Source of the DNA: Clostridia bacterium
GTDB lineage: Bacteria; Bacillota; Clostridia; Oscillospirales; CAG-272
Direction: 5' to 3'
NCBI GenBank assembly: GCA_017537175.1
Contig: JAFYLH010000014.1
Location: 33,513 to 97,512 of the forward strand
Length of the DNA: 64,000 nt
In this document: one piece after another, positions 18,667-28,139 of the stretch
Numbering within the stretch: position 1 is the first letter of the stretch
Layout: the number at the start of each line of letters is the position of its first letter
Translations under genes and position numbers: made by a program
The notes under the pieces: generated by a model
What the model was told of the DNA's origin: nothing
Seen by the model: the letters and a program-made list of their open reading frames with translations, nothing else
The model's database searches: none

Positions 18667-20310
18667 TTATATCTCCTTGATAGCATTCTTGATTCTGTTT
18701 ATTGATCTTTCCTCACCCAGTATGTTCATTACCTCGTACATATCGGGAGAATTGGTCTTACCTGTGAGGGCAATACGGACAAACATACTGATGTCGCCTA
18801 CATGACCCTTGTATTCCTCGGGGTTCTTTTTGTAAAGCTTTGTTTCGGGAGCAAAGCCTAAATTCTCTGCAATGACCTTCATCTTTGCAAACCATTCGTT
18901 TGCATCGTCATTTTTGTCATAACCTTCGGCAAACATTGTAAGAGATGTTTTGATGTCCTCTTTGTCAAAGCTTTCGGGATAATCTGCTTCCTTTTTGTAG
19001 AGCTCATCATAGAACAGACCTACATAGGGCTTGACATCCTTCCAGATGCAAAGGTCCTTTCTGGGCTTTGCCGTACCTCTGCCGATAGAGAGAATGCGCT
19101 TTGCGTAATCAGCATCTCTTGTAAACAGCTCATAAAGCTCTGTGTCAAATTCCTTTGCCCACTTGACTATCTCGTCATATACCTCGTCGGCTGTCATATG
19201 TGCTATGGTGTTCTTGCTCACATCGTTGAGCTTATCAAAATCAAAGAGTGAGCCGGAAGCCGACATCTTCTTGATAGAGAACTGGAAGTCATTAATATCA
19301 GCCTTGGGATTTGCGTTTCTCCACTCCTCAAAGTTAGAGTTAAGAAGGGTCATAACATATTCCTTAACCGACTTTGCAGGATAGCCCTCTGCAACATAGA
19401 AGCTCAGTCCTGCACCAAGATCTCTCTTGGAAAGCTTTTTCTTTGAGCCGCCCTCCATCTTCATAAGCTGTGAAATGTGCAGATACTTGGGAATCTTAAA
19501 GCCCAGAGCTCTGAAAAGCTGAACATGGAAGGGAAGGCTGGGAAGCCACTCCTCGCCTCTTACAACGTGGGTGGTCTTCATAAGATGATCGTCAACTGCG
19601 TGTGCAAAGTGATATGTGGGGATACCGTCGCTCTTAAGAAGAACATGGTCGATATCGTTTTCTGTTATCTCAATTGCACCCTTGATAAGGTCGGTGAACT
19701 TGATCTTGTTTTCAATAGAACCCTCAGAACGGAATCTGAGAACAAAGGGCATTCCTGCTGCAAGCTTTTCCTTTATTGTTTCAAGATCGCAATCGCGGTA
19801 CTTTGCCCACTTGCCGTAATATCCGGGGTTAGCCTTGATAGCCTCCTGCTCCTCACGGATAGCGGTAAGCTCCTCCTCGGTACAGAAGCAGGGGTAAGCC
19901 TTACCCTCGGCAACCAGCTTCTTTGCGTATGTCTGATATATATCTGCTCTCTTTGACTGACGGTAGGGGCCGTAAACGCCCTTTTCTCCGTCGAGAGAGA
20001 TACCCTCGTCAAAGAAAATGCCGTAGGATGCATAGGAGTTGATAATATCGATATCGGCACCCTCTACCTCACGCTTGGCATCGGTATCCTCTATTCTCAG
20101 GTAGAAAACACCGCCGCTCTGGTGAGCAAGTCTTTCACCTACCATGGTAGGGAACAGGCTTCCGAAATGAACAAAGCCTGTAGGGCTGGGAGCAAATCTT
20201 GTTACCTTTGCTCCTTCGGGCAGATCTCTTTCAGGGAATCTTGCCTCGATCTCCTCAATTGTGGTTGTGATGTTGGGGTAAAGTAATTCACTTAAAGCGT
20301 TGTAGTCCAT
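18667..20310 (-). CDS. gltX: Glutamate--tRNA ligase
   Basis: TRFAPSPTGFVHFGS, LRIEDTD, YGPYRQSKR, PTYHFAHAVDDHLM, RGEEW, KLSKR. Confidence 0.95.
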   Translation of the reverse strand: MDYNALSELLYPNITTTIEEIEARFPERDLPEGAKVTRFAPSPTGFVHFGSLFPTMVGERLAHQSGGVFYLRIEDTDAKREVEGADIDIINSYASYGIFFDEGISLDGEKGVYGPYRQSKRADIYQTYAKKLVAEGKAYPCFCTEEELTAIREEQEAIKANPGYYGKWAKYRDCDLETIKEKLAAGMPFVLRFRSEGSIENKIKFTDLIKGAIEITENDIDHVLLKSDGIPTYHFAHAVDDHLMKTTHVVRGEEWLPSLPFHVQLFRALGFKIPKYLHISQLMKMEGGSKKKLSKRDLGAGLSFYVAEGYPAKSVKEYVMTLLNSNFEEWRNANPKADINDFQFSIKKMSASGSLFDFDKLNDVSKNTIAHMTADEVYDEIVKWAKEFDTELYELFTRDADYAKRILSIGRGTAKPRKDLCIWKDVKPYVGLFYDELYKKEADYPESFDKEDIKTSLTMFAEGYDKNDDANEWFAKMKVIAENLGFAPETKLYKKNPEEYKGHVGDISMFVRIALTGKTNSPDMYEVMNILGEERSINRIKNAIKEI

Positions 20311-20320
20311 GTGTATATCC

Positions 20321-20956
20321 TCATCTCATGTATAAATTATATTCTTTTTCGTATGAAAGGTGGCTTGAGGGGCCGTGTCCCGGATAAATACGGTAATCCG
20401 TCTCAAGTGCCTTTATTCTTTCAAGGGATGACAGTATGGTATCATAGTCACCGCCGTAAAAATCGTATCTGCCTATGCTTCCGCGGAACAGGGTATCTCC
20501 GCATATCATATGCTCTCCTACAAGATAACAGCAGGAGCCCTTGGTATGCCCCGGAGTGTGCATTACGGTGATCGTATTACCGTGAAAATCGATGATGTCA
20601 CCGTCCTTTAACAGTACATCTGCGCTTTTGCAGGGAGCCTTATTGCCTGCATAAAAGGACATCAGGCTCTTATCGGGGTCCAATAGCATCTCGTTATCCG
20701 CTTCGTGGATATATAACGGCGCATTGGTCTTTTCCCGTAGGTCTTCAAGTGCCATCATATGGTCAAAGTGACCGTGGGTAAGTATGATCTTTTCACATTT
20801 TAACCCTTTATCTGACAGCTTTTTCAGTATTATGTCGATATCGTCTGCAGGATCTGCCACAATACAGCTCTTCGATTCTTCATCGATGATAAAATAGCAG
20901 TTGGTCTGCATACTTCCCAATATAAATTTGGCGATCTTCATCTTATAACCCTTCAT
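20321..20956 (-). CDS. MBL-fold metallo-hydrolase (glyoxalase II-like); start may be 20941
   Basis: THGHFDH, HTPGHTKG, GDTLF and PGHG motifs. Confidence 0.9.
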   Translation of the reverse strand: MKGYKMKIAKFILGSMQTNCYFIIDEESKSCIVADPADDIDIILKKLSDKGLKCEKIILTHGHFDHMMALEDLREKTNAPLYIHEADNEMLLDPDKSLMSFYAGNKAPCKSADVLLKDGDIIDFHGNTITVMHTPGHTKGSCCYLVGEHMICGDTLFRGSIGRYDFYGGDYDTILSSLERIKALETDYRIYPGHGPSSHLSYEKEYNLYMR

Positions 20957-21095
20957 AATTTTATAATCATAATATTATAACACGCAATTGAAATATTGTC
21001 TATAGAAAATTATCAAATATAATTAGAAAATTCTCTTTATTTTTCCGTTATAATATGTTAAAATATACATATAACATTTTGTGAGGTACAGATAT

Positions 21096-21470
21096 ATGAA
21101 GGCTTACGGTAAAAAAACATGGCTTATTGCCGATAACTATCTTAATTCCAAATCCTTAAATGACTGGAACAGCCACGAGGCGGTTTGTGTATTGAATACA
21201 TCTGATGTTGACGCAGAGATTAAGATGACATTGTTCTTTGAGGATAAGGATTCTAAAAATGATGTGGTTTCTTACTGTAAGGCGGGGCGCACTCACCATA
21301 TCCGTCTTGATAAGATTCGAGATTCAAAGGGCGAGCTTCTTGAACGGGATTTGCCCTATGCATTGCTTCTTGAGTCCAACACACCTGTAGTTGTTCAGTA
21401 TTCAAGACTTGATACATCCAGACGCGAGCTTGCTTTGATGACAACTATGGCATACTCCATAGAGGAATAA
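21096..21470 (+). CDS. Anabaena sensory rhodopsin transducer (ASRT)-family small beta-sandwich protein
   Basis: GKKTWLIAD, SHEAVCVLNT, RTHHIRL, ESNTPVVVQYSRLDT..ALMTTMAY match the ASRT family; ATG 21096 follows GAGG. Confidence 0.8.
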   Translation: MKAYGKKTWLIADNYLNSKSLNDWNSHEAVCVLNTSDVDAEIKMTLFFEDKDSKNDVVSYCKAGRTHHIRLDKIRDSKGELLERDLPYALLLESNTPVVVQYSRLDTSRRELALMTTMAYSIEE

Positions 21471-21471
21471 C

Positions 21472-21500
21472 TTGACACATTTAAAAAAATATAGTATACT
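21472..21500 (+). promoter_or_regulatory. Sigma-A promoter of sugar-nucleotide operon
   Basis: TTGACA, 17 bp, TATACT. Confidence 0.8.
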
Positions 21501-21527
21501 GATAAGAGTTATTTTGCGAGGTGGCAT

Positions 21528-22442
21528 ATGAAGGATTTTGTGGCATTGCTCCTTTGTGCCGGCAAGGGGAGCCGTATGAATGATGACAGTACCAACAAGG
21601 TATGTTTCCCTGTCAACGGTGTTCCTGCTGTAAGGCGCACGATTGATAATATCCGCCGTGCGGGTATAGATAAATTCATTGTCGTTGTCGGTCATAAGGC
21701 TGATAAGGTTATGGAATGTCTTAGTTGCTATGATAATGTTGCATATGCTTACCAGGCTGAGCAAAGCGGTACGGGTAATGCCGCTCTTATGGGTCTGAGG
21801 GTGCTTGAATCCTTAGGATATAAGGGTGCCGCGCTTATCTGTATGGGCGACAAGATCATCTCAAGTGATGTTATTTCCAAGCTTATAGACCGTTATAAAA
21901 CATCCGATACAGGAACGGTATTTGCCGTACAACCCAAAGCATTCAATGAGGGCGGCGGCAGAATAGCTATGAAGGGTGATAAGGTTTGCGGAATATACGA
22001 GCAGACCGATTCTTATATACTTAAATTAGGAGCACTGAGTGAGAAAAGCCGTGAAAGCTTCGAACTGGCTCTTCGTGATGCACCCATTAACGAAAAGAAA
22101 AAAAGCAAGGTCATCGATTATGCCCTCGCTCATATAGATACAATTCCATCCGAGGTGACCATTTCGGGTGAGCGGTTTGATCACGGTGATATAGAAGGCG
22201 GCCAATATGTTAATACCGCAACATATCTTTGTGATATCGAAAAGACTGTCAAGGCAATAAATGAGCTTGACAGTAACAACGCCCAGGGTGAGATATATCT
22301 GACTGATGCCATTAACATTATGGCATCCCAAAACGGTGCCGAGATCATACCGATATCGGCAAAGGAAGAAATGCTTACATTCGCCACAAAGGAAGAATTA
22401 GCAAAGGTAAGTGATTACTTTGCTTCTGTTGAAAAGGAGTAA
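21528..22442 (+). CDS. Sugar-1-phosphate nucleotidyltransferase (GlmU N-terminal-like, no acetyltransferase domain)
   Basis: LCAGKGSRM..NK, EQSGTGNA, MGD and NNAQGEIYLTD motifs; ends without the hexapeptide-repeat domain. Confidence 0.8.
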   Translation: MKDFVALLLCAGKGSRMNDDSTNKVCFPVNGVPAVRRTIDNIRRAGIDKFIVVVGHKADKVMECLSCYDNVAYAYQAEQSGTGNAALMGLRVLESLGYKGAALICMGDKIISSDVISKLIDRYKTSDTGTVFAVQPKAFNEGGGRIAMKGDKVCGIYEQTDSYILKLGALSEKSRESFELALRDAPINEKKKSKVIDYALAHIDTIPSEVTISGERFDHGDIEGGQYVNTATYLCDIEKTVKAINELDSNNAQGEIYLTDAINIMASQNGAEIIPISAKEEMLTFATKEELAKVSDYFASVEKE

Positions 22443-22444
22443 AT

Positions 22445-24031
22445 ATGATACTTAAAGCATCCGTTTGGAAAGAACTGTTTGTATCAAAAGACGCAGCTGT
22501 TATGGAGCTTTTAGAATGTATATACGGCCCCGGGCAGCAAGCTTTGATCGAGGAGAGACGCACAACACTTATTTCAATGCTCGATACATTTATCGAGCGT
22601 TACGGTGATAATGAGGCGGTAATAACCCGCTCTCCCGGCAGAGTTAATATACTCGGCAGACATATTGAGCATCGGGGCGGTAGCATCAATGTTATGAGTG
22701 TTGACCGCGAGACATTGCTCATATGCGGAAAACGAAGCGATGACCGTGTGAATATGTCCAATATGGACTCAAAGTTCTCAAATGCAAGCTTTTCTATTAC
22801 CGAAACACTTAACTGTGCAGATAACGAAAACTGGATAGATTACATTGAAAGTGATGAGATACTTAAGCTCGTTATGGAAACTAAAGGCGACTGGGCAAAC
22901 TATGTCAAGGCCTCCGTTCTCAGACTTGCCCTTGAATACAGGGATAATTCCTTTGTAGGTATGGATATGCTGTTCTGCGGAAATATCCCCATGGCGGCAG
23001 GACTTTCTTCATCCTCCAGTATTGTAGTTGCTACCACCGAGGCCCTTGTGGCATTGAATGATCTGAACATCAGAGCTAAGGATTTTATACACCTATGCGG
23101 CGAGGGTGAATGGTTTGTCGGTTCCCGCGGCGGTGCCGGAGATCACGCGGCAATGAAATGCGGCAAGCGTGATATGATCACCCACCTTGATTTTTGTCCA
23201 TTTAAGATAGGGAACAGCGTTGATTTTCCTACCGATTACAATGTTGTTATAGCAAACAGCTTTGTTGAGGCCAAGAAAAGCGAGGGTGCAAGAGATAAGT
23301 TCAACCAAAAGGTTGCCTGCTATGAATTTGGCTTTATGATGTTCAAAAAGCTTCATCCAAAGTATGCGGATAAGCTTAAATATCTTAAGCATATCAACCC
23401 GGAACATCTTGGCTGTGATGATGCTGATATTTACGACATGCTCCTTTCTGTTCCCGAGTATATGACGGTAACAGAGGTATATAATGAGTTGCCGGAATAT
23501 AAAAATGAAATAGACAGAATACTTAAGAGCCATAATGCTCCCGATAAATATGAGATAAGAAGTACTCTTCTTTACGGAATCACCGAGTGTCTGCGTGCCA
23601 ATAAATGCATTGAACTCTTACAGGATAAGGATTATGAGGCTCTCGGAAGGCTTATGAGTACAAGCCATGACGGCGACAGAGTGTCTAAGGGTAAAAAGCC
23701 TTATGACTATTCTGCTCCCGACTCATATCTTAAGCAGCTGGCAACCGACTATCGTAACGGAGACACCGAAGCGGCTCTCTACAACCAGCCCGGCGGTTAC
23801 GGTTGTTCAACAGAAACAATAGATAAGCTTGTTGATTTTGCTGTTTCAATTGAGGGTGTTATGGGTGCAGAGCTGTCAGGCGCGGGTCTTGGCGGCTGTA
23901 TCATAATTTTAGTCAAAAAAGAAGCAACAGATCATCTTCTTGATGAGCTGAAGAAATATTATTACGATAAAAAAGGATTGCCTATGGGCGCCGAGGTATA
24001 TATACCTGTTGCGGGCTCCTTGGCGTTTTAA
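22445..24031 (+). CDS. GHMP-family anomeric sugar kinase (galactokinase-like, variant sugar pocket)
   Basis: SPGRVNILGRHIEH, PMAAGLSSSSS, GAGDH and GAELSGAGLGGC motifs. Confidence 0.82.
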   Translation: MILKASVWKELFVSKDAAVMELLECIYGPGQQALIEERRTTLISMLDTFIERYGDNEAVITRSPGRVNILGRHIEHRGGSINVMSVDRETLLICGKRSDDRVNMSNMDSKFSNASFSITETLNCADNENWIDYIESDEILKLVMETKGDWANYVKASVLRLALEYRDNSFVGMDMLFCGNIPMAAGLSSSSSIVVATTEALVALNDLNIRAKDFIHLCGEGEWFVGSRGGAGDHAAMKCGKRDMITHLDFCPFKIGNSVDFPTDYNVVIANSFVEAKKSEGARDKFNQKVACYEFGFMMFKKLHPKYADKLKYLKHINPEHLGCDDADIYDMLLSVPEYMTVTEVYNELPEYKNEIDRILKSHNAPDKYEIRSTLLYGITECLRANKCIELLQDKDYEALGRLMSTSHDGDRVSKGKKPYDYSAPDSYLKQLATDYRNGDTEAALYNQPGGYGCSTETIDKLVDFAVSIEGVMGAELSGAGLGGCIIILVKKEATDHLLDELKKYYYDKKGLPMGAEVYIPVAGSLAF

Positions 24032-24045
24032 ATATGGAGGAAACT

Positions 24046-25068
24046 ATGGAAAACAAAACAATTCTTCTCACAGGCGGTGCCGGCTATATCGGCTCCCACA
24101 CAGCAGTTGAGCTGCTTAATGACGGCTGGCAGGTTGTTATTGCCGATAATTTTTATAACAGCAGCCCTGAGGTTCTTTGCCGCATTGAGGAGCTTACAGG
24201 TAAAAAGCCTGTATTCTACGAGGTTGATATTTGTGATGAAGCGGCTCTCACAAAGCTTTTTGATGAACAGGATATCGACGCGGTTGTGCATTTTGCGGGC
24301 TACAAGGCGGTAGGCGAATCTGTTGCAAAGCCTGAGATGTACTACGATAACAATATCAATTCTACACTTGTGCTGCTTCGTGTTATGAAAGCTCACGGTT
24401 GTACCCGTCTTGTATTCTCTTCTTCTGCAACCGTTTATGGCATACCCGAAACAGTTCCGCTTGTAGAGACTATGCCTACAGGATGCACAAATCCCTACGG
24501 CTGGACAAAGCTTATGAATGAGCAGATACTTACCGATGTTGCAAAGGCTAATCCCGAGATGTCTATAGTTCTTCTCAGATACTTTAATCCTATCGGTGCT
24601 CACAAGAGCGGCAGGATCGGTGAAGATCCCAACGGTATCCCCAACAATCTTGTTCCTTATATCACCCAGGTTGCTGTCGGAAAGCTTGAAAAGCTCAATG
24701 TTATGGGTAACGATTATCCTACCCACGACGGTACAGGTGTCCGCGACTTTATCCATGTAGTTGACCTTGCTCTCGGTCATCTTGCCGCACTTACATACTC
24801 ATTTGACAATACAGGTGTTGAGATCTTCAACCTTGGTACAGGAACAGGCTACAGCGTGCTTGATATCGTAAAGGCATTTGAAAAGGTTAATGATATCAAT
24901 GTACCTTATGTTATCGCACCCAGACGACCCGGTGATGTTGCAGAATGCTACGCTGATGCCACAAAGGCTCATAAATTCCTCGGTTGGAGTGCAAAGCACA
25001 CACTTGAGGATATGTGCCGTGATTCCTGGAACTGGCAGAAAAACAATCCCAACGGTTACAAAGCATAA
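24046..25068 (+). CDS. galE: UDP-glucose 4-epimerase
   Basis: TGGAGYIGSH, FSSSATVYG, PYGWTK, LRYFNPIGAH, GVRDFIHV; ATG 24046 follows GGAGG. Confidence 0.95.
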   Translation: MENKTILLTGGAGYIGSHTAVELLNDGWQVVIADNFYNSSPEVLCRIEELTGKKPVFYEVDICDEAALTKLFDEQDIDAVVHFAGYKAVGESVAKPEMYYDNNINSTLVLLRVMKAHGCTRLVFSSSATVYGIPETVPLVETMPTGCTNPYGWTKLMNEQILTDVAKANPEMSIVLLRYFNPIGAHKSGRIGEDPNGIPNNLVPYITQVAVGKLEKLNVMGNDYPTHDGTGVRDFIHVVDLALGHLAALTYSFDNTGVEIFNLGTGTGYSVLDIVKAFEKVNDINVPYVIAPRRPGDVAECYADATKAHKFLGWSAKHTLEDMCRDSWNWQKNNPNGYKA

Positions 25069-25076
25069 TATAAATC

Positions 25077-25104
25077 AAGCCCACTGCATAGTGGGCTTTC
25101 TTCT
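25077..25104 (+). terminator. Intrinsic terminator after galE
   Basis: AAGCCCACT-gcat-AGTGGGCTT followed by a T-rich tail. Confidence 0.7.
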
Positions 25105-25145
25105 TGCATATATTTTACTAATACATAATCAGAGGGGTACCATAT

Positions 25146-26681
25146 ATGCAAGATAATAGAATATTCAGTATTAAAACTAAAACTACCGAGCCTTTGACGC
25201 TGAACAATGACTATACATTACCCGATTATATCGTGGATGTGCGTAAGCTATTACACTATACAGCAAAGGCAATGCTTCATAATGTATACATCAGCGGCAG
25301 AGCTCTGATGTTTGAGGGAGAGGTAATATACAGCGCGTTTGTTCTCTGTGAGGATAACAGTATCAAGAATATAATCTATTCAGATGATTTTGAAGCGGAA
25401 ATCAAGGATATCGATGTTGATGAAAATCAGATATACGACTGCAGAATTGACAAGTATACATTAAGGCTCATAAGCCCCAGAAAGCTCAACTGCAGAGCAG
25501 ATATTACCGTTAGCATCAAGCTCAATGACAGTACAGAAACAGATTCGGTCTATAAAGGCATCGGGTTACCTGAGGCTGAATATACGACCGAAAAAAGATT
25601 CACAACCGCATCCTATGTCACCCTGTACGAGGATGTATTAAAAAAACAGCACGGTGTATGCAATATTCAATTAGTCAATAGCGGAACAGATATTTCCGAG
25701 ATAATATATACTACAGTAAATATCTGTATAAGCGAACGCAGACAGGTGGATGGAAAGCTGTTTCTGCGAGGAGAGGGAACAGCGCAGGTACTATACACAG
25801 ATAGCGAAGGGCGGTATTGTAAGGCCAAGAGCACATTTCCTTTCAGCGAAATATTGGAAAATCAAAGCACGACCGATGCGCATATATGTACTGTAGAAGT
25901 AAGTGATATCAAAGCATCGTTTAATATTTCAAACGGGGAAAAGGGCAGCATCGAGATCGATTATAGCTATGATATATCTGACAAATATTATATAAGCAGC
26001 TCGACGCAGATCATGAGTGATATTTATTCGACTGAATATGATGTCGAGTATACTGTATGCAATGCTCCTGTACTGAAGCTGAATGATATCTTTGATGGCA
26101 GATTGACTGTTGATGATTACTATGATCTTGATGTAGAATATGATGATGTTAAGATCCTTGACTGCTTTGCATCACTTCATAACTGCACTACATCATTTGA
26201 TCGTGAAAACGGCAGAATTTTAATTTCGGGCGATGTTAAATTTGAACCTGTATTTGCTACCGACACTGTTAACCATATATCGGTTGTAAAGCAGTTTAAG
26301 TATGAAAGGTCGGTCGGTTTACCGCAAAACGAGTTGATATGTGATCATAATGTGGCCTTGATAAGCTGTAACGCCGATGCAGATAAGGGTAAGCTTTTAT
26401 TAACAGCAGAGATCGCTCTAAACGCAGCAGTGCTTGAAAGCTGTGAATATGAATTTATAAAGGAAGTTGAAATCAAGAGCACGAGTCAAAGATCTTATTC
26501 TCCGGTCATTATATATTATCCGTCGGCAGAGGATACTCTTTGGGAAATAGCCAAAAGATACAAGTGTACCTGTAACGATATTATGTCGGCAAATCGCCTC
26601 GAAAACGAAAGTCTCAAGGATATAAAGGTTTTACTTTTACCGCGTAAAAGATCAAAATCTGTATTTAATGCAATAATCTAA
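25146..26681 (+). CDS. SPOCS/DUF3794 + C-terminal LysM protein (SipL-like spore coat morphogenetic protein)
   Basis: N-terminal DYTLPDYIVDV; C-terminal LysM IYYPSAEDTLWEIAKRY..IMSAN; size typical of the family. Confidence 0.72.
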   Translation: MQDNRIFSIKTKTTEPLTLNNDYTLPDYIVDVRKLLHYTAKAMLHNVYISGRALMFEGEVIYSAFVLCEDNSIKNIIYSDDFEAEIKDIDVDENQIYDCRIDKYTLRLISPRKLNCRADITVSIKLNDSTETDSVYKGIGLPEAEYTTEKRFTTASYVTLYEDVLKKQHGVCNIQLVNSGTDISEIIYTTVNICISERRQVDGKLFLRGEGTAQVLYTDSEGRYCKAKSTFPFSEILENQSTTDAHICTVEVSDIKASFNISNGEKGSIEIDYSYDISDKYYISSSTQIMSDIYSTEYDVEYTVCNAPVLKLNDIFDGRLTVDDYYDLDVEYDDVKILDCFASLHNCTTSFDRENGRILISGDVKFEPVFATDTVNHISVVKQFKYERSVGLPQNELICDHNVALISCNADADKGKLLLTAEIALNAAVLESCEYEFIKEVEIKSTSQRSYSPVIIYYPSAEDTLWEIAKRYKCTCNDIMSANRLENESLKDIKVLLLPRKRSKSVFNAII

Positions 26682-26705
26682 AAAAGCACCCGAAGGTGCT
26701 TTTTT
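26680..26705. terminator. Bidirectional terminator
   Basis: AAAAAAGCACC-cgaa-GGTGCTTTTTT between convergent stops. Confidence 0.85.
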
Positions 26706-28132
26706 CAGTTATTTAATTCCTGTTCTACTACTTCCTTGAGGTCATCATATTCCAAGGCTTTTACAAAGCTTTCAACAACCTCGCCGTTTTCGTTAAGTAT
26801 TACAGTATACGGATAGGTGCCTCTACCACCCTGATCGTTGTAGTATGCTTCGTTTTCAAAGTCAACTGCAAATATCATATCTGTTTCGGGATAGTACTCG
26901 GAGATATATGCGGGTGCAGTATCCGAAACCATATATGTATGAACGGCAATTACCGTAACGCTGTCCTTATAATCTGTTGCGATCTGATCAAAATAGGGCA
27001 GCTCCTTGACACAGGGACCGCACCAGGTTCCCCAGAAGTTAACAATGGTGATCTTTCCTGTCGCCTCGGGGGTGATGACATCCCCAGAGACGCCGTCTCC
27101 TGTGAGAATACTAAGCTGTGTTCCTTCAATTTGATTTGAATTTTTTTCAGGACCGTCAAAATAATAGAAAACAGCGGCACCTATAAGAAGAACTGACAAT
27201 AATACGGCAATCACAGCTTTGGTTACGATTTTGGCTGTTTTGTTTTTTGTGTCAGATACAGGTGTGTTACTTTTGTTCCTTGCGCATTTCCAATTAATAG
27301 CCTTTGTGGGACATACACCGATACACTCGCCGCAACCTATACATTCTGCATCACCGATCTTTTTGATATCCAACTTACAATGCTCAATGCATTTGTTACA
27401 GTATGTACATTTGTTGGTGTCGACCTTTACTCCGAATACAGAAATGCGGTTAAACAGGCCGTATAAAGCGCCCAGGGGACATACAAATCTGCAGAAGATC
27501 CTGAAGATAAAGACCGATCCTACAATGGTAGATACAAGCAGCAGGAACTTCCATGTAAACAGAGGTCCTATCATTTCAAGATAATGTGCATTTGCGGGAT
27601 TGGAAAGAAGTCCTATACCGCCCTCAAGTGTACCTGCGGGGCATATAAATTTACAAAAGGCAGGGAAAACCGTGTCCTTGGACAAATACATTATAGGGAC
27701 AATGATCACAAAGAACGCCAATACAAAATACTTTAAATAGGACAGTATTCTCGTAAAGGCAGATTTCTTGATCTTTGGTGTTTTTATCTTATACAAAAGC
27801 TCCTGTATCAATCCAAACGGACATACCCATCCGCATATCATTCTTCCGAAAAGTATGCAATACAGAAGTAATATTCCGCCAATATAGAACAATGTATTTT
27901 TGTTTCCTGAGCTTATTGCACCCTGCAGAGAGCCGATGGGACAGGCCGTTACCGCACCCGGGCAGGAATAACAGTTAAGACCCGGCATACATACAAGCTT
28001 TGTGTTTCCCTGATATATTTTGCCGGTATAAAAGCCTTGAAAATTAACATTGAATAATAGGGCTGCGTACAGCTGAACAAGTCTGCGCTTTGTCGGTCTC
28101 AGCCCCCATATTTTAAGTAAAAAGTTCTTCAT
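26705..28132 (-). CDS. Membrane 4Fe-4S-binding protein (NapH/RdxA-like) fused to a TlpA-like redoxin domain
   Basis: CxxxCP motifs (CGWVCP, CKFICP, CRFVCP), NCYSCP, ferredoxin motifs CTYCNKCIEHC and CIGCGECIGVCP, an extra TM helix, then NFWGTWCGPCVKELP..YPYT. Confidence 0.85.
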   Translation of the reverse strand: MKNFLLKIWGLRPTKRRLVQLYAALLFNVNFQGFYTGKIYQGNTKLVCMPGLNCYSCPGAVTACPIGSLQGAISSGNKNTLFYIGGILLLYCILFGRMICGWVCPFGLIQELLYKIKTPKIKKSAFTRILSYLKYFVLAFFVIIVPIMYLSKDTVFPAFCKFICPAGTLEGGIGLLSNPANAHYLEMIGPLFTWKFLLLVSTIVGSVFIFRIFCRFVCPLGALYGLFNRISVFGVKVDTNKCTYCNKCIEHCKLDIKKIGDAECIGCGECIGVCPTKAINWKCARNKSNTPVSDTKNKTAKIVTKAVIAVLLSVLLIGAAVFYYFDGPEKNSNQIEGTQLSILTGDGVSGDVITPEATGKITIVNFWGTWCGPCVKELPYFDQIATDYKDSVTVIAVHTYMVSDTAPAYISEYYPETDMIFAVDFENEAYYNDQGGRGTYPYTVILNENGEVVESFVKALEYDDLKEVVEQELNN

Positions 28133-28139
28133 ATAAAAA

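Noticed and set aside
20957-21095. T-box or SAM riboswitch for gltX/glnS/metY
   Set aside because: The region is short and AT-rich with no T-box or S-box motif, and gaps inside the gene run are too small.
21528-22442. Truncated glmU pseudogene
   Set aside because: The ORF ends cleanly, is coupled to the kinase gene and leaves no acetyltransferase remnant; it looks like a stand-alone enzyme.
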